Positions 17,259 to 25,914 are shown, numbered from the stretch's first letter. The stretch: DNA of 38,331 bases from Pedobacter sp. (GCA_041671205.1 JBAZCD010000001.1:1-38331); one strand, 5' to 3'. Numbers and translations are program-made. Notes: a model not told the origin generated them from the letters alone.

Positions 17259-18983
17259 TCAGCTTTTCCAATTGGGGAATAGCGGGTCTTGTCTGGTAAG
17301 CTCTATTACGACATTTTTAGAAGGATCGAAGGAAAACTCTTCTTTTAACTCTTCATAATTAAAGTCATCTTTATTAACTGTAGCAATATATTGAAACGTA
17401 GCTGGGTTTAATCCATTAAGGTAATTTAATGTTTTAATCGAACTATCTTTGTCTACACTTCCAAATATTAAATTGTCGTGGATAATACACCCAAGATTAT
17501 TTTTTGTAGTGTATTCGTTTTCGAGAATCGAAAGATCGTAAATAACAGACTGCATTTGATTAACTCCCTTGCTTCCTTGACCCTGGATATATATGTTGAA
17601 TTGAAAATAGCTTTTCGCTTTAAAAATATTTTTTGCATTAAAACTAAAATCACACTCACTACTACCCATAATTGCTTGATGGATACCTGTAAATGTTTTT
17701 TTAAACGACTCTTCAATCTTTTGTATTTCAGCTTTACGCTTACTGATTTTAGCTACCAATTCGGTAAACACTGTTTTTGATTCTTCCTTGATTTTTTCTT
17801 GACGATCAAACATCTTAATATTTGATGTATGGTCTTCTAGTTGGGAAAATTTATCCTTAAATAATTGGAAGTTCTTAACCATGTTATTACTTGTTGTGTC
17901 GAGCATTATTTTATAATTTTTAGAAATTCTATCCTGTTTTTCGTCAATTTGTTTTTGTAGAGCAACTAACTCAATTTCAAGAGCGCTTTTTTTCTCTTTC
18001 AATAACTCGTTCTTGAACTCAACAACTTGATTTCTAAACTGTTTCAACTCTTCCAAATCTTTTTTAATAAAATCTCCTAAGCCCTGTTTATACTTGTTGT
18101 AAACCAATTTTAAATCTTCATCATCTACATAAAAATCTTCGCCAAAAAAACTAGTTAAGTCAGAAACTTCTAGCAATTGAAGCTCTTGTTGCTTCTTTTG
18201 CATGATTAGTTTATTTAATTCTTGTTCTTCTTTGTTAATATCTGAATTGCTTGATTGTAGGTTTTCGACTGCCTCAGAATATGAAAGTTCCCCTTCAATG
18301 CTTTTTACTTCCGTTTCGAACTGATTTTGTATCGCTCTAAGTTTTTTTATATCTAAGTCTTTTGCGCTTAATTCTTGGTTAAGTTTTCTAATTGCACCTT
18401 GCGCCACAGAATATTCTTCAAATGCTTTTTTAATACCACCAAGGACTTCAACTGGTAAGTCAAAAAAATAAAAGTGTATCTTTAACAAATCTGAATAATT
18501 GGCTTTGTAAAATTCTGCAAATTTCTTATATGAGTAATCTTCTTCTTTTATCATGAAGGATATATAGTCTCTCGCAGAAATAGGTGTATTTGTAAAACCT
18601 AATATCTTATTAAGAATTTCTTTAGCATCATCAAATGAATATTCGATAAAATCTTCGCCATCCTCCTTAATACGAATTTTGCCTCGCTTGTTTCTAGAAA
18701 AAATAAAGTCTTTATCGTTAAATCGAAAATGTAAGTTTACATAAGAATCTTTATGCAGATATTCATCATTTACGGATGGGACTCTGCTGTAATAAGAACC
18801 TTTTAATAAACAAAAGTTTATAAGTTCGATCACTAAACTCTTTCCTACCCCGTTTTGTTTTCTTGAAGATATTGTTCCATCAGGATTTATTGATTTTTCA
18901 CCACAAATAAGGTTAATACCAGCATTAAAACTGACTTCCTTAAAAGCACCATCGTCAGAATAGAGTTTAATTAATTTAAGCAT
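17259..18983 (-). CDS. lmuB: SMC/Rad50-like ABC ATPase with DUF2326 (Lamassu LmuB-like)
   Basis: Walker A NGVGKS, long coiled coil, GSKG signature, IIHD Walker B, QYIAT...L....LF terminus. Confidence 0.88.
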   Translation of the reverse strand: MLKLIKLYSDDGAFKEVSFNAGINLICGEKSINPDGTISSRKQNGVGKSLVIELINFCLLKGSYYSRVPSVNDEYLHKDSYVNLHFRFNDKDFIFSRNKRGKIRIKEDGEDFIEYSFDDAKEILNKILGFTNTPISARDYISFMIKEEDYSYKKFAEFYKANYSDLLKIHFYFFDLPVEVLGGIKKAFEEYSVAQGAIRKLNQELSAKDLDIKKLRAIQNQFETEVKSIEGELSYSEAVENLQSSNSDINKEEQELNKLIMQKKQQELQLLEVSDLTSFFGEDFYVDDEDLKLVYNKYKQGLGDFIKKDLEELKQFRNQVVEFKNELLKEKKSALEIELVALQKQIDEKQDRISKNYKIMLDTTSNNMVKNFQLFKDKFSQLEDHTSNIKMFDRQEKIKEESKTVFTELVAKISKRKAEIQKIEESFKKTFTGIHQAIMGSSECDFSFNAKNIFKAKSYFQFNIYIQGQGSKGVNQMQSVIYDLSILENEYTTKNNLGCIIHDNLIFGSVDKDSSIKTLNYLNGLNPATFQYIATVNKDDFNYEELKEEFSFDPSKNVVIELTRQDPLFPNWKS

Positions 18984-19224
18984 ATTTAAGTTTTACAAAA
19001 GGCTTTTGAAAGTCTATTAAATCAGTCGCACATAAGAACATAAGAGCGTATATAACTTGTTTTGCATTACATGTTGGATTTAAATCTTTCATCATTTTAG
19101 TAATCTGAAAAATACTCATTTCTTTCCGTTGTTTGTTAGAAGATATTTTTTTTAGGATTAAATAACCCAAATAGATCGAGCTGTTTCTCACTAAGTTATT
19201 TTTTTCGAACAATTTTATATTCAT
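18976..19224 (-). CDS. lmuC: ABC three-component middle component (LmuC-like)
   Basis: 82 aa; SSIYLGYLILK...ALMFL..TDLI; overlaps both neighbours. Confidence 0.8.
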   Translation of the reverse strand: MNIKLFEKNNLVRNSSIYLGYLILKKISSNKQRKEMSIFQITKMMKDLNPTCNAKQVIYALMFLCATDLIDFQKPFVKLKYA

Positions 19225-20201
19225 ATTTTATTTACGTTGCTTGGATTCGGAAAAACGTAGCATTGATACAGTTGATAATACAAAAAGTATTGTATCTCTG
19301 TTTCTGAAACAAAATTAATTTGAAAATCCTCTATCATTTTTTTTGTAAGATTTTCCACTGCTTTTACTGGATCGCCACTCGTTGCGAGTAAGGCTTTTCT
19401 ACTTTCAAGTTTTAGATATTCCTTAACTTTTATCTGCGCTTCTTCTGCAAACCCGCTTTGTATTAATTCATACATTGTCTCACGTCTAGAATCAAATATC
19501 TCTCGATATGTTTCTTTAATAAAATCCCAGTAGGCTTGGAATCGTTGCTTTTTTACGTTTAAGTCAGAATTATCTTCTTCTACGGCGGACTGGCTTTCAC
19601 TTGCACCTACAGGCGTTTGAGATAAAGCTTGAAATAAGTCCTTAAATATCACCGCTTCGACCGTTTGATTGTTCTCTTTCAAAAATTTATTCACAGGTTC
19701 AAGAGAGGCATTAATAAGCGTCTTTATTTCATTAACAACAAAGTCTCCTTTCCCTGTAATCTCCTTATACAGATCGTTTAAGGTTAGAATGTCTTTGTCT
19801 TTATCAAAATTATATTTTCCGTTTGTATTAAATGGTTTAAAGTTTGGTCTCTGAACTGCAATAATAAGCACTCTTAGTTGGTGGAATTTATCGTGCAGAC
19901 AATGCGTTTCAAATCTACCTATTGTTTTGATAATTTTATCTCTTGTATCGGTAGAGGTGACTTGAATGGCTAGTTTTGAGTCTTCATCTCCTAAATCAAC
20001 ACCTGGAAAATTCTGATCGTCGCAGGTATTTAGATTTACAAGGTTAACGCTATAAGTTTTGTTAAGTATTTTGCAGAAAAAATCTTCAAGGAACACATTA
20101 ACATCTTGGAGATTAACGGAATTTGAAAGCTTTACATAGGCGTAAACCATCGTAAAACCAAGTTGAACCGATTTACTAGACATCTCCGACGCAAGTAGCA
20201 T
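19221..20201 (-). CDS. lmuA: SMEK-domain nuclease-like effector with ABC-3C C-terminal domain (LmuA-like)
   Basis: EDFF..ILN..Y..NLVNLN...NFPGVDLGD....AIQVTS....KI..T; C-terminal YQCYVF; start reassigned to ATG 20201. Confidence 0.85.
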   Translation of the reverse strand: MLLASEMSSKSVQLGFTMVYAYVKLSNSVNLQDVNVFLEDFFCKILNKTYSVNLVNLNTCDDQNFPGVDLGDEDSKLAIQVTSTDTRDKIIKTIGRFETHCLHDKFHQLRVLIIAVQRPNFKPFNTNGKYNFDKDKDILTLNDLYKEITGKGDFVVNEIKTLINASLEPVNKFLKENNQTVEAVIFKDLFQALSQTPVGASESQSAVEEDNSDLNVKKQRFQAYWDFIKETYREIFDSRRETMYELIQSGFAEEAQIKVKEYLKLESRKALLATSGDPVKAVENLTKKMIEDFQINFVSETEIQYFLYYQLYQCYVFPNPSNVNKI

Positions 20202-20222
20202 AAATTCATTATATATAAATGG

Positions 20223-20235
20223 AGACAAAAAGTCT
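20223..20235. promoter_or_regulatory. C-box-like operator upstream of lmuA
   Basis: AGACAAAAAGTCT (GAC-N5-GTC), about 22 nt upstream of ATG 20201, with minus-strand TATAAT at 20208-20213. Confidence 0.55.
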
Positions 20236-20444
20236 TAGAAAGGTAACAGTTTCCCAGCATCAATTTTCAGAGCTTTTGCCAACCGCTCTAAGTTGATGAG
20301 TGAAGGATTTCTTAATCCTCGCTCTATCTGGCCTATATAGGTGAAGTGCATACCAGCTTTATCTGCTAGTTCTTCCTGCGTCCACCCTTTCGCTTCTCTT
20401 AGTTGCCTAAGATGTTTTCCGAACTGGATACGTATATCTGACAT
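20235..20444 (-). CDS. XRE HTH regulator resembling R-M controller (C) proteins
   Basis: FGKHLRQLREAKGWTQEELADKAGMHFTYIGQIERGLRNPSLINLERLAKAL; tandem C-box upstream. Confidence 0.88.
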   Translation of the reverse strand: MSDIRIQFGKHLRQLREAKGWTQEELADKAGMHFTYIGQIERGLRNPSLINLERLAKALKIDAGKLLPF

Positions 20445-20466
20445 GCTTTAATCATGTAGAAATAGA

Positions 20467-20492
20467 GACTATGTATCCAGAGACGATGAGTC
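20467..20492 (-). promoter_or_regulatory. Tandem C-box (OL/OR) operator
   Basis: Minus strand GACT-CAT-CGTC-TCTG-GATA-CAT-AGTC, matching GACT-N3-AGTC-N4-GACT-N3-AGTC, 22 nt upstream of the C-like gene. Confidence 0.75.
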
Positions 20493-20511
20493 TCATTTGT
20501 GATATAATGAT

Positions 20512-20522
20512 GACGATAAGTC
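20512..20522. promoter_or_regulatory. C-box-like operator on divergent promoter
   Basis: GACGATAAGTC just downstream of TATAAT (20503-20508); identical to 22044-22054. Confidence 0.65.
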
Positions 20523-20535
20523 CTAATCATAATTT

Positions 20536-20826
20536 ATGAATAACATTTTACTTAAAACAAGATGTACCAAAGGCTCTCTAGTTGTCTACGATGACAAAGT
20601 GGCTATAGAAATGAGTATGTTAGGCACCCATAAGACGAATTCAATGCCTTACAGTCGCATTACAGGGGTCGAGGTAAACACAAAGATGGCAAAGATACCC
20701 ATACTTTCAAAAGGTGCGGCCACAGTAAAAATATACGGTCAAGGCAATCAAATACTCGAAGCCGACTTTGTAACAGTGGACGACGCTATAAAGGCAGAGG
20801 AACTCATAAATTCGAGACTTCAATGA
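20536..20826 (+). CDS. Small PH-like domain protein
   Basis: GSLVVYDDKVAI...SMPYSRITGVE, a beta-rich pattern with a terminal helix. Confidence 0.65.
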   Translation: MNNILLKTRCTKGSLVVYDDKVAIEMSMLGTHKTNSMPYSRITGVEVNTKMAKIPILSKGAATVKIYGQGNQILEADFVTVDDAIKAEELINSRLQ

Positions 20827-20828
20827 CG

Positions 20829-20844
20829 TGCGCCATATGGCGCA
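20829..20844. repeat. 16-bp palindrome, copy 1
   Basis: TGCGCCATATGGCGCA (perfect). Confidence 0.8.
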
Positions 20845-21020
20845 TTTTCCCGATTCAACGGCCCATTCTTGACTTTTATCTTTTGGTTATTTATTATAAA
20901 TATATGTTGCATGTTTGAGGTTTATCTTCAAACATCTTAGCCCGCAAGAGATTGTTCTCTATGCGCGATATTAACTGCTAGACCGACGATTACGGCTAGC
21001 GGTTTTTTTATTGCGCAAAT

Positions 21021-21236
21021 ATGGATATTGAGAACAATTTATACCAAAACCATACCCATCTCCCAGAGTCCACTACTCGGCTGTCTCCTTCTGCGATTAA
21101 AGATTTCCAACTGATTTATTTCAAAGAATTTAAAAAAACTATTTCAACAAACGAAGCTGAACGTCTAGGCATGAAATTACTTAGGCTATTCGCCGTTGTC
21201 TATAAACCGATTAGAAAGGATGAATATGCAAAATAG
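21021..21236 (+). CDS. Small helical mobile-element protein
   Basis: LSPSAIKDFQLIYFKEF...ISTNEA...G.KLLRLF..VYKP; first gene of the core operon. Confidence 0.7.
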   Translation: MDIENNLYQNHTHLPESTTRLSPSAIKDFQLIYFKEFKKTISTNEAERLGMKLLRLFAVVYKPIRKDEYAK

Positions 21237-21456
21237 CTACAGAGTAAAAGATTTATATATTGCCGCGTACCTTTATAGCGAAGGGCTAGAGTTAGGCAAT
21301 GTCGAAAAAATCGGTAAAGTTTGCTGGTTTTCTTTCGTCAATAAAGACAAGTGCGAAAAATTAACTAATCTATATTGGAAAAACCAAGCAATTTCAAAGA
21401 TTAAATCATTTACGGATGCTATTCGAACACTTAAAGACTTGATTTATTCAAGTTGA
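21226..21456 (+). CDS. DUF5659-like protein
   Basis: YRVKDLYIAAYL...G...WFSF...AIRTLKDLIY; SD AAGGA before the ATG. Confidence 0.7.
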   Translation: MQNSYRVKDLYIAAYLYSEGLELGNVEKIGKVCWFSFVNKDKCEKLTNLYWKNQAISKIKSFTDAIRTLKDLIYSS

Positions 21457-21459
21457 AAG

Positions 21460-21475
21460 TGCGCCATGTGGCGCA
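21460..21475. repeat. 16-bp palindrome, copy 2
   Basis: TGCGCCATGTGGCGCA, one mismatch to copy 1. Confidence 0.8.
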
Positions 21476-21478
21476 AAT

Positions 21479-21925
21479 ATGAATATGGAAATGAAAAAAA
21501 TTGGCGAAACGATTCCTAATGCCCTTGACCGTATTAAAGAAAGGGCAATAGCAAACAAGGGGTACGAATGTGAAGGTTTCTACTTCACTGTTAATTATAT
21601 GACTGCCAGAGGCGGTTATATTAAACAAATCGGCCCAAGAGCATTTGGGGTATTCGCTGTTATTAGAACATTTATGAATAAAGATAAAATCTCATTCCCA
21701 GAACTTAAAACAATTAGAACCTTAACAGGGCTAAACATTGGAACTATTCGAAAAGACATAAGTATTCTTGAAAAATATGGTTGGTTAAGAAAAATAGTTA
21801 AAAGAAACAATAAGGGGCAATACGAAGTATCCCATTACTTGATTTTACAAACTGATTTAGTAAGAGGCACAGGAAACCCTTCTTATAGAAAGAAGCCAAT
21901 ATCAAGATTTAACAATGGATTATAG
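21479..21925 (+). CDS. Winged-helix (HTH_36) replication-initiator-like protein
   Basis: SFPELKTIRTLTGLNIGTIRKDISILEKYGWL...R...G.Y.VSHY. Confidence 0.7.
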   Translation: MNMEMKKIGETIPNALDRIKERAIANKGYECEGFYFTVNYMTARGGYIKQIGPRAFGVFAVIRTFMNKDKISFPELKTIRTLTGLNIGTIRKDISILEKYGWLRKIVKRNNKGQYEVSHYLILQTDLVRGTGNPSYRKKPISRFNNGL

Positions 21926-22041
21926 CCTGAACCACTGTTAAACGACCATAGCGGCTAATTAACATATAAGAGATATTAATAAAATAAAGAATTATTAAAA
22001 AGAATAATTGAAATTAAATTACATGAAGACCATAATAAATG

Positions 22042-22056
22042 AAGACGATAAGTCTT
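22042..22056. promoter_or_regulatory. C-box-like operator upstream of the integrase
   Basis: AAGACGATAAGTCTT, ending 6 nt before ATG 22063. Confidence 0.65.
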
Positions 22057-22062
22057 ATATAT

Positions 22063-23838
22063 ATGAATAAATACTTTATATATTGCAGAAAATCATCGGA
22101 ACAAGAAGACAGACAAATGTTGTCTCTCGAATCGCAAGAAAGAGAACTGCGTAAAGTTGCAGAAGAAAGCAGATTGCATGTTGTCGCAATTTATAAGGAA
22201 TCTGGTAGCGCCCACGTAATCGGCCGTAATTATTTCAATGAAATGTTACGTAGAATCGAAAATGGTGAAGCCAATGGACTTATTGTCTGGGATGAATCAA
22301 GGATTGCTAGAAATTCTTTAGATGGTGGAAAAGTAATATATATGATTGACCTGGGTGAAATAGTAGAAATAAGAAAACCCGGGAAAATATATGTAAATTC
22401 TCCTGACGACAAGAGTTGGTTAGCTCTTTGCTTCATGATGTCAAAAAAGGAATCTGACGACAAGGGTAGAAACGTCAAAAACGCTCTTAAAACAAAAGCT
22501 GAAAAGGGCTATTTACCGAGTGGTGCAAAAGCTGGCTACATGAATGATAAATATGCTGAGAAAGGAAATAAGAAACTATTTCCTGACCCTGAAAGGTTCC
22601 CTCTCATTCGCAAGGTTTGGGATGTGATGCTAATGGGGACTTGCAGTCCGATGCAAGCCATTAGAGCGCTGAACGACTGGGGGTACAGAACGCCGAAACA
22701 TAAAAAAATCGGCGGTAAACCTATGACAAGAAGTCAAATATATAAAACTTTAACCGACCCATTTTACTATGGAGAATTCGAATACCCTGAAAAAAGCGGT
22801 AATTGGTACAAAGGCAAATATACGCCAATGATTACAAAAGAAGAATTTGATAGAGTGCAAATATACTTAGGAAATAAAGGACGACCACGACCCAAAACCC
22901 ACGAATTTGATTACACTGGTCTACTTCAATGTGGTGAATGTGGCGCGATGATAACAGCGGAAGAAAAGTATCAGGTAATTTGCTCGCATTGTAAATATAA
23001 ATTCGCCTCTCTCAATAAAGTAGCCTGCCCCCATTGTCAAACCTTGATAACGGACATGGAAAATCCGACTCGACTGCATTACATTTACTACCATTGCACC
23101 AAGAGAAAAAAAGGAAAGTGTAATCAAAAAGGAATCAGAATTGAAAAGTTCGAAAAACAATTTGATACCTTACTCGAAAGAATCCAAATATCAGAAGGCT
23201 TCAAGAATTGGGCGGTTAAATACCTCAATGAATTGACAGATATCGAAACCGAAGACAGAAATGCCATCTTAAAGTCACAGCAAGCCGCCTATGACGACTG
23301 TGTGCGACGCAATGATAATCTTTTACAGTTAAAAATATCGCCACAAAATACAAATGGAGAGCTTTTGTCTGATGATGAATTTAAAGGCCAGAAGGACGCA
23401 TTGATTAAAGAGAAGACGTCTCTATTAGAGAAACTTGAAGGGACTGACAACAGAATCAATCAATGGGTCGAGCTTACAGAAAAAACCTTTAACTTCGCTT
23501 GCTATGCTCGGCATTGGTTTGCTAAAGGCGACAGAGATGCTAAAAAGCAAATCTTAATGGGCGTCGGTTCGAACTTAACGTTAAAAGACGGAATTGTGCG
23601 TGTCGACCTGCAAAAACCGTTAAACTTTATTGAAATGGCTAAAAGCGAAGTGGCAGAAATTCTACCAATGTTCGAACCTGAAAAAAAGGGCTATACAACG
23701 GCACAAATAGAGGCTTTGTATGCCAAAAATCCAACTCTGCTCCCCTTGGTAAACGCATTTAAGAACCGAGAAATAGAGTTTGGATTTAGCTTACAGAACA
23801 TCCAAACAGTCTTTGAAACTTTTCAGTTAGCTATCTAA
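22063..23838 (+). CDS. Large serine recombinase (element B integrase)
   Basis: IYCRKSSE, SRIARN, DPFYYG, CGECG...YYHC with an extra CxxC/CxxC insert; crosses the att core at 23739. Confidence 0.95.
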   Translation: MNKYFIYCRKSSEQEDRQMLSLESQERELRKVAEESRLHVVAIYKESGSAHVIGRNYFNEMLRRIENGEANGLIVWDESRIARNSLDGGKVIYMIDLGEIVEIRKPGKIYVNSPDDKSWLALCFMMSKKESDDKGRNVKNALKTKAEKGYLPSGAKAGYMNDKYAEKGNKKLFPDPERFPLIRKVWDVMLMGTCSPMQAIRALNDWGYRTPKHKKIGGKPMTRSQIYKTLTDPFYYGEFEYPEKSGNWYKGKYTPMITKEEFDRVQIYLGNKGRPRPKTHEFDYTGLLQCGECGAMITAEEKYQVICSHCKYKFASLNKVACPHCQTLITDMENPTRLHYIYYHCTKRKKGKCNQKGIRIEKFEKQFDTLLERIQISEGFKNWAVKYLNELTDIETEDRNAILKSQQAAYDDCVRRNDNLLQLKISPQNTNGELLSDDEFKGQKDALIKEKTSLLEKLEGTDNRINQWVELTEKTFNFACYARHWFAKGDRDAKKQILMGVGSNLTLKDGIVRVDLQKPLNFIEMAKSEVAEILPMFEPEKKGYTTAQIEALYAKNPTLLPLVNAFKNREIEFGFSLQNIQTVFETFQLAI

Positions 23839-23839
23839 G

Positions 23840-24025
23840 TTAATAGAAAGAAAGGGTTGAAGTATTTTGCCACTTACCAGCCGTGGTTACTTCTTTTGCT
23901 TGAACTCTAGGTACAAAGGGTGCAACTTCTTGGAGCATTTTTTCATAACTAATCTTAGCTTCGTCAAATCGTTTTGACTGGCTTGCACTCATCTTGGGCT
24001 TAGTCTGACGATTAGTTTTTTTCAT
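23840..24025 (-). CDS. Small basic protein downstream of the protease
   Basis: 61-aa ATG ORF 17 nt after the protease stop. Confidence 0.55.
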   Translation of the reverse strand: MKKTNRQTKPKMSASQSKRFDEAKISYEKMLQEVAPFVPRVQAKEVTTAGKWQNTSTLSFY

Positions 24026-24042
24026 ATAAATACAGTCTACTC

Positions 24043-24930
24043 TTATTGTATATTAACTGCGTAAGAAAATTGACTACTTTCAACACATTTAGCTACTTGA
24101 GCAGATACAAAAGTATTTAATCTGACATACAACTCATAAGAAGTTTTCCAGACCTTACTATTTAAGGCAAGTTTATCAACAATTAGACCGCAACTTTCTG
24201 CTTTTTCTCTATCAATAAGTCTGCCGTGTGATTTTGTTTCTTCTGGTGTTAAAAACACTTTAATCTTTGTTTTAATGTTAGCTTCTGTTTCGGCTGACAT
24301 CATACCTGTTTTTAATGCTCTAATAGCAATATCTTCCGACAAAGAAATAGCATCTTCAAAGTCTTTAATTTCTCTTGCGTCATATCTTTGCAACTGTTGT
24401 AAATATGGCTGTAGATTACCTTTTTCTTTAGTAGCCAAATCAAACAATTCCTTATAGCTTGCAACAACGTTGCAGAGTGAAAACCTCTTCTCTCTCCCGT
24501 CTTCGGCAATGGATAGCTGTGGGTCTATCGGTCCCAACTCCGAAGCGGGACCCATAAACACCTTACTTGCTCCAAAACTTACCATAGTTGCCGCAGATTT
24601 TGCTTTACCTGGAACTATGACCCAATACTCACCCGTACCACTATATTTTCTACATAAGTTAATTATTCTTTCAGCCGCTAAACCGCTTCCGCCAGGGGAA
24701 CTAAGAAGTAACGCAAACCCTCTTTGCAAATTCATTGTTTGCAGTATTGCCTCAAGCATATCTGCGTCATCATCGCTCAAAATAACGGGGTATTTGAAGC
24801 TAGTAAACAAAGAAACAACTGGTCTACCAACGGCTTTTTCCAACTTACTTATTATCACTTTTCTGGTTTCGTGAGATTGCCCCCTTTCATCAATTACTTG
24901 TCCTATCACTGGTTTCTGCGGATTTGCCAT
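24043..24930 (-). CDS. ClpP/crotonase-class serine protease (SDH_sah-like)
   Basis: LLLSSPGG...AAE; VPGKAKSAATM; MG..SELGPIDPQ; SHGRLI. Confidence 0.88.
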   Translation of the reverse strand: MANPQKPVIGQVIDERGQSHETRKVIISKLEKAVGRPVVSLFTSFKYPVILSDDDADMLEAILQTMNLQRGFALLLSSPGGSGLAAERIINLCRKYSGTGEYWVIVPGKAKSAATMVSFGASKVFMGPASELGPIDPQLSIAEDGREKRFSLCNVVASYKELFDLATKEKGNLQPYLQQLQRYDAREIKDFEDAISLSEDIAIRALKTGMMSAETEANIKTKIKVFLTPEETKSHGRLIDREKAESCGLIVDKLALNSKVWKTSYELYVRLNTFVSAQVAKCVESSQFSYAVNIQ

Positions 24931-24997
24931 AAGCGTATTGTATCAAAAATTGATAAAATACGATAAACAAACATAAGTATTGAAGATGTAATGAACT

Positions 24998-25588
24998 ATG
25001 TCAAAATTATCAGATAAAAAACTAACAATAGCTGACCTAAAAAACGTAAAGGATTTCACGCCTGCACAGAAAGAGCAGGTAACTAATTTTGCAAAAAGTA
25101 TATCTAAGCTAGTTGATGGTATCCAATCACCAGCGAAGATAATGGCAAACCTTTACCAAGACCCACTAAAGAATATAGATATGTCTTGGGTTGCTGACGA
25201 AAGTAGGCGGAAAGCAGAAGAAGCCCGTCTCAGACGGTTACAGCTAGAAAAATTAGAACGAGAAATGGCAATAGATATGACACTACCAACTTATGACATT
25301 GTGGACTGCCTAATTAGCTTTCGTGGTAAGAAAATCCAAATACCACCAGATACCGACCAAGAAATGCTTTGTAAAGTCGTCTTGCGAAACAAAAACGCTA
25401 TGTCTAGGCGTTGGAATTGGGACGAAATAATTGAAGCTTGGGGCGATGTTCCAGAGAAAGATGACTGGCGTAAAGTCTACAACGCTGGCAGAGGCATAAA
25501 CGAGCAAGTTGAAAAAAAGACAACAATCAGCAATTTTCTTATTGTCAAAACGAAAACATTACAGTTGAACCCCGATTTTCTCCAATAA
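24998..25588 (+). CDS. Hypothetical protein with C-terminal winged-helix-like domain
   Basis: WNWDEIIEAW...RKVYNAGRGINEQV...LQLNP. Confidence 0.7.
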   Translation: MSKLSDKKLTIADLKNVKDFTPAQKEQVTNFAKSISKLVDGIQSPAKIMANLYQDPLKNIDMSWVADESRRKAEEARLRRLQLEKLEREMAIDMTLPTYDIVDCLISFRGKKIQIPPDTDQEMLCKVVLRNKNAMSRRWNWDEIIEAWGDVPEKDDWRKVYNAGRGINEQVEKKTTISNFLIVKTKTLQLNPDFLQ

Positions 25589-25770
25589 AAGTTAGCTAAC
25601 TTTAGCTAAATCCCTGTTTTATATCCTATCGGTAATGAGTACCGAAAATGTAACGACAAGTAAACAGGGATACGCCCTTTCCTCAGATGAACTCAGCAAA
25701 TTGACTGAGTTTTTTTCGTTGCTCATCAAGATTGACAGAAAGAACAAAAACAGAAAGGAGGTGTTAAAAA

Positions 25771-25914
25771 ATGCAAGTTCAAAAACCAATGGATGAACTA
25801 GATAAATGGTTGGTCGAAAAACTCAGAGAAGTCTTTGAGCAAATGTATAGAAAACAGTTATCAGAAGCAATTAAACGTGGTATTAAAGCCAAAAAGTTGC
25901 AGAAAAAACTATGA
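25771..25914 (+). CDS. 47-aa protein resembling serine recombinase helix E
   Basis: MQVQKPMDELDKWLVEKLREVFEQMYRKQLSEAIKRGIKAKKLQKKL; SD AAGGAGGTG; ATGA overlap with the next gene; below the ORF-track cutoff. Confidence 0.75.
   Translation: MQVQKPMDELDKWLVEKLREVFEQMYRKQLSEAIKRGIKAKKLQKKL

Larger units (their letters stand above)
15898..23743. mobile_element. Element B: LSR-encoding integrative element (satellite-like)
   Basis: GCTCC cores at 15898 and 23739; LSR at the right end; TerS-like, Rep-HTH-like and Lamassu genes. Confidence 0.8.
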
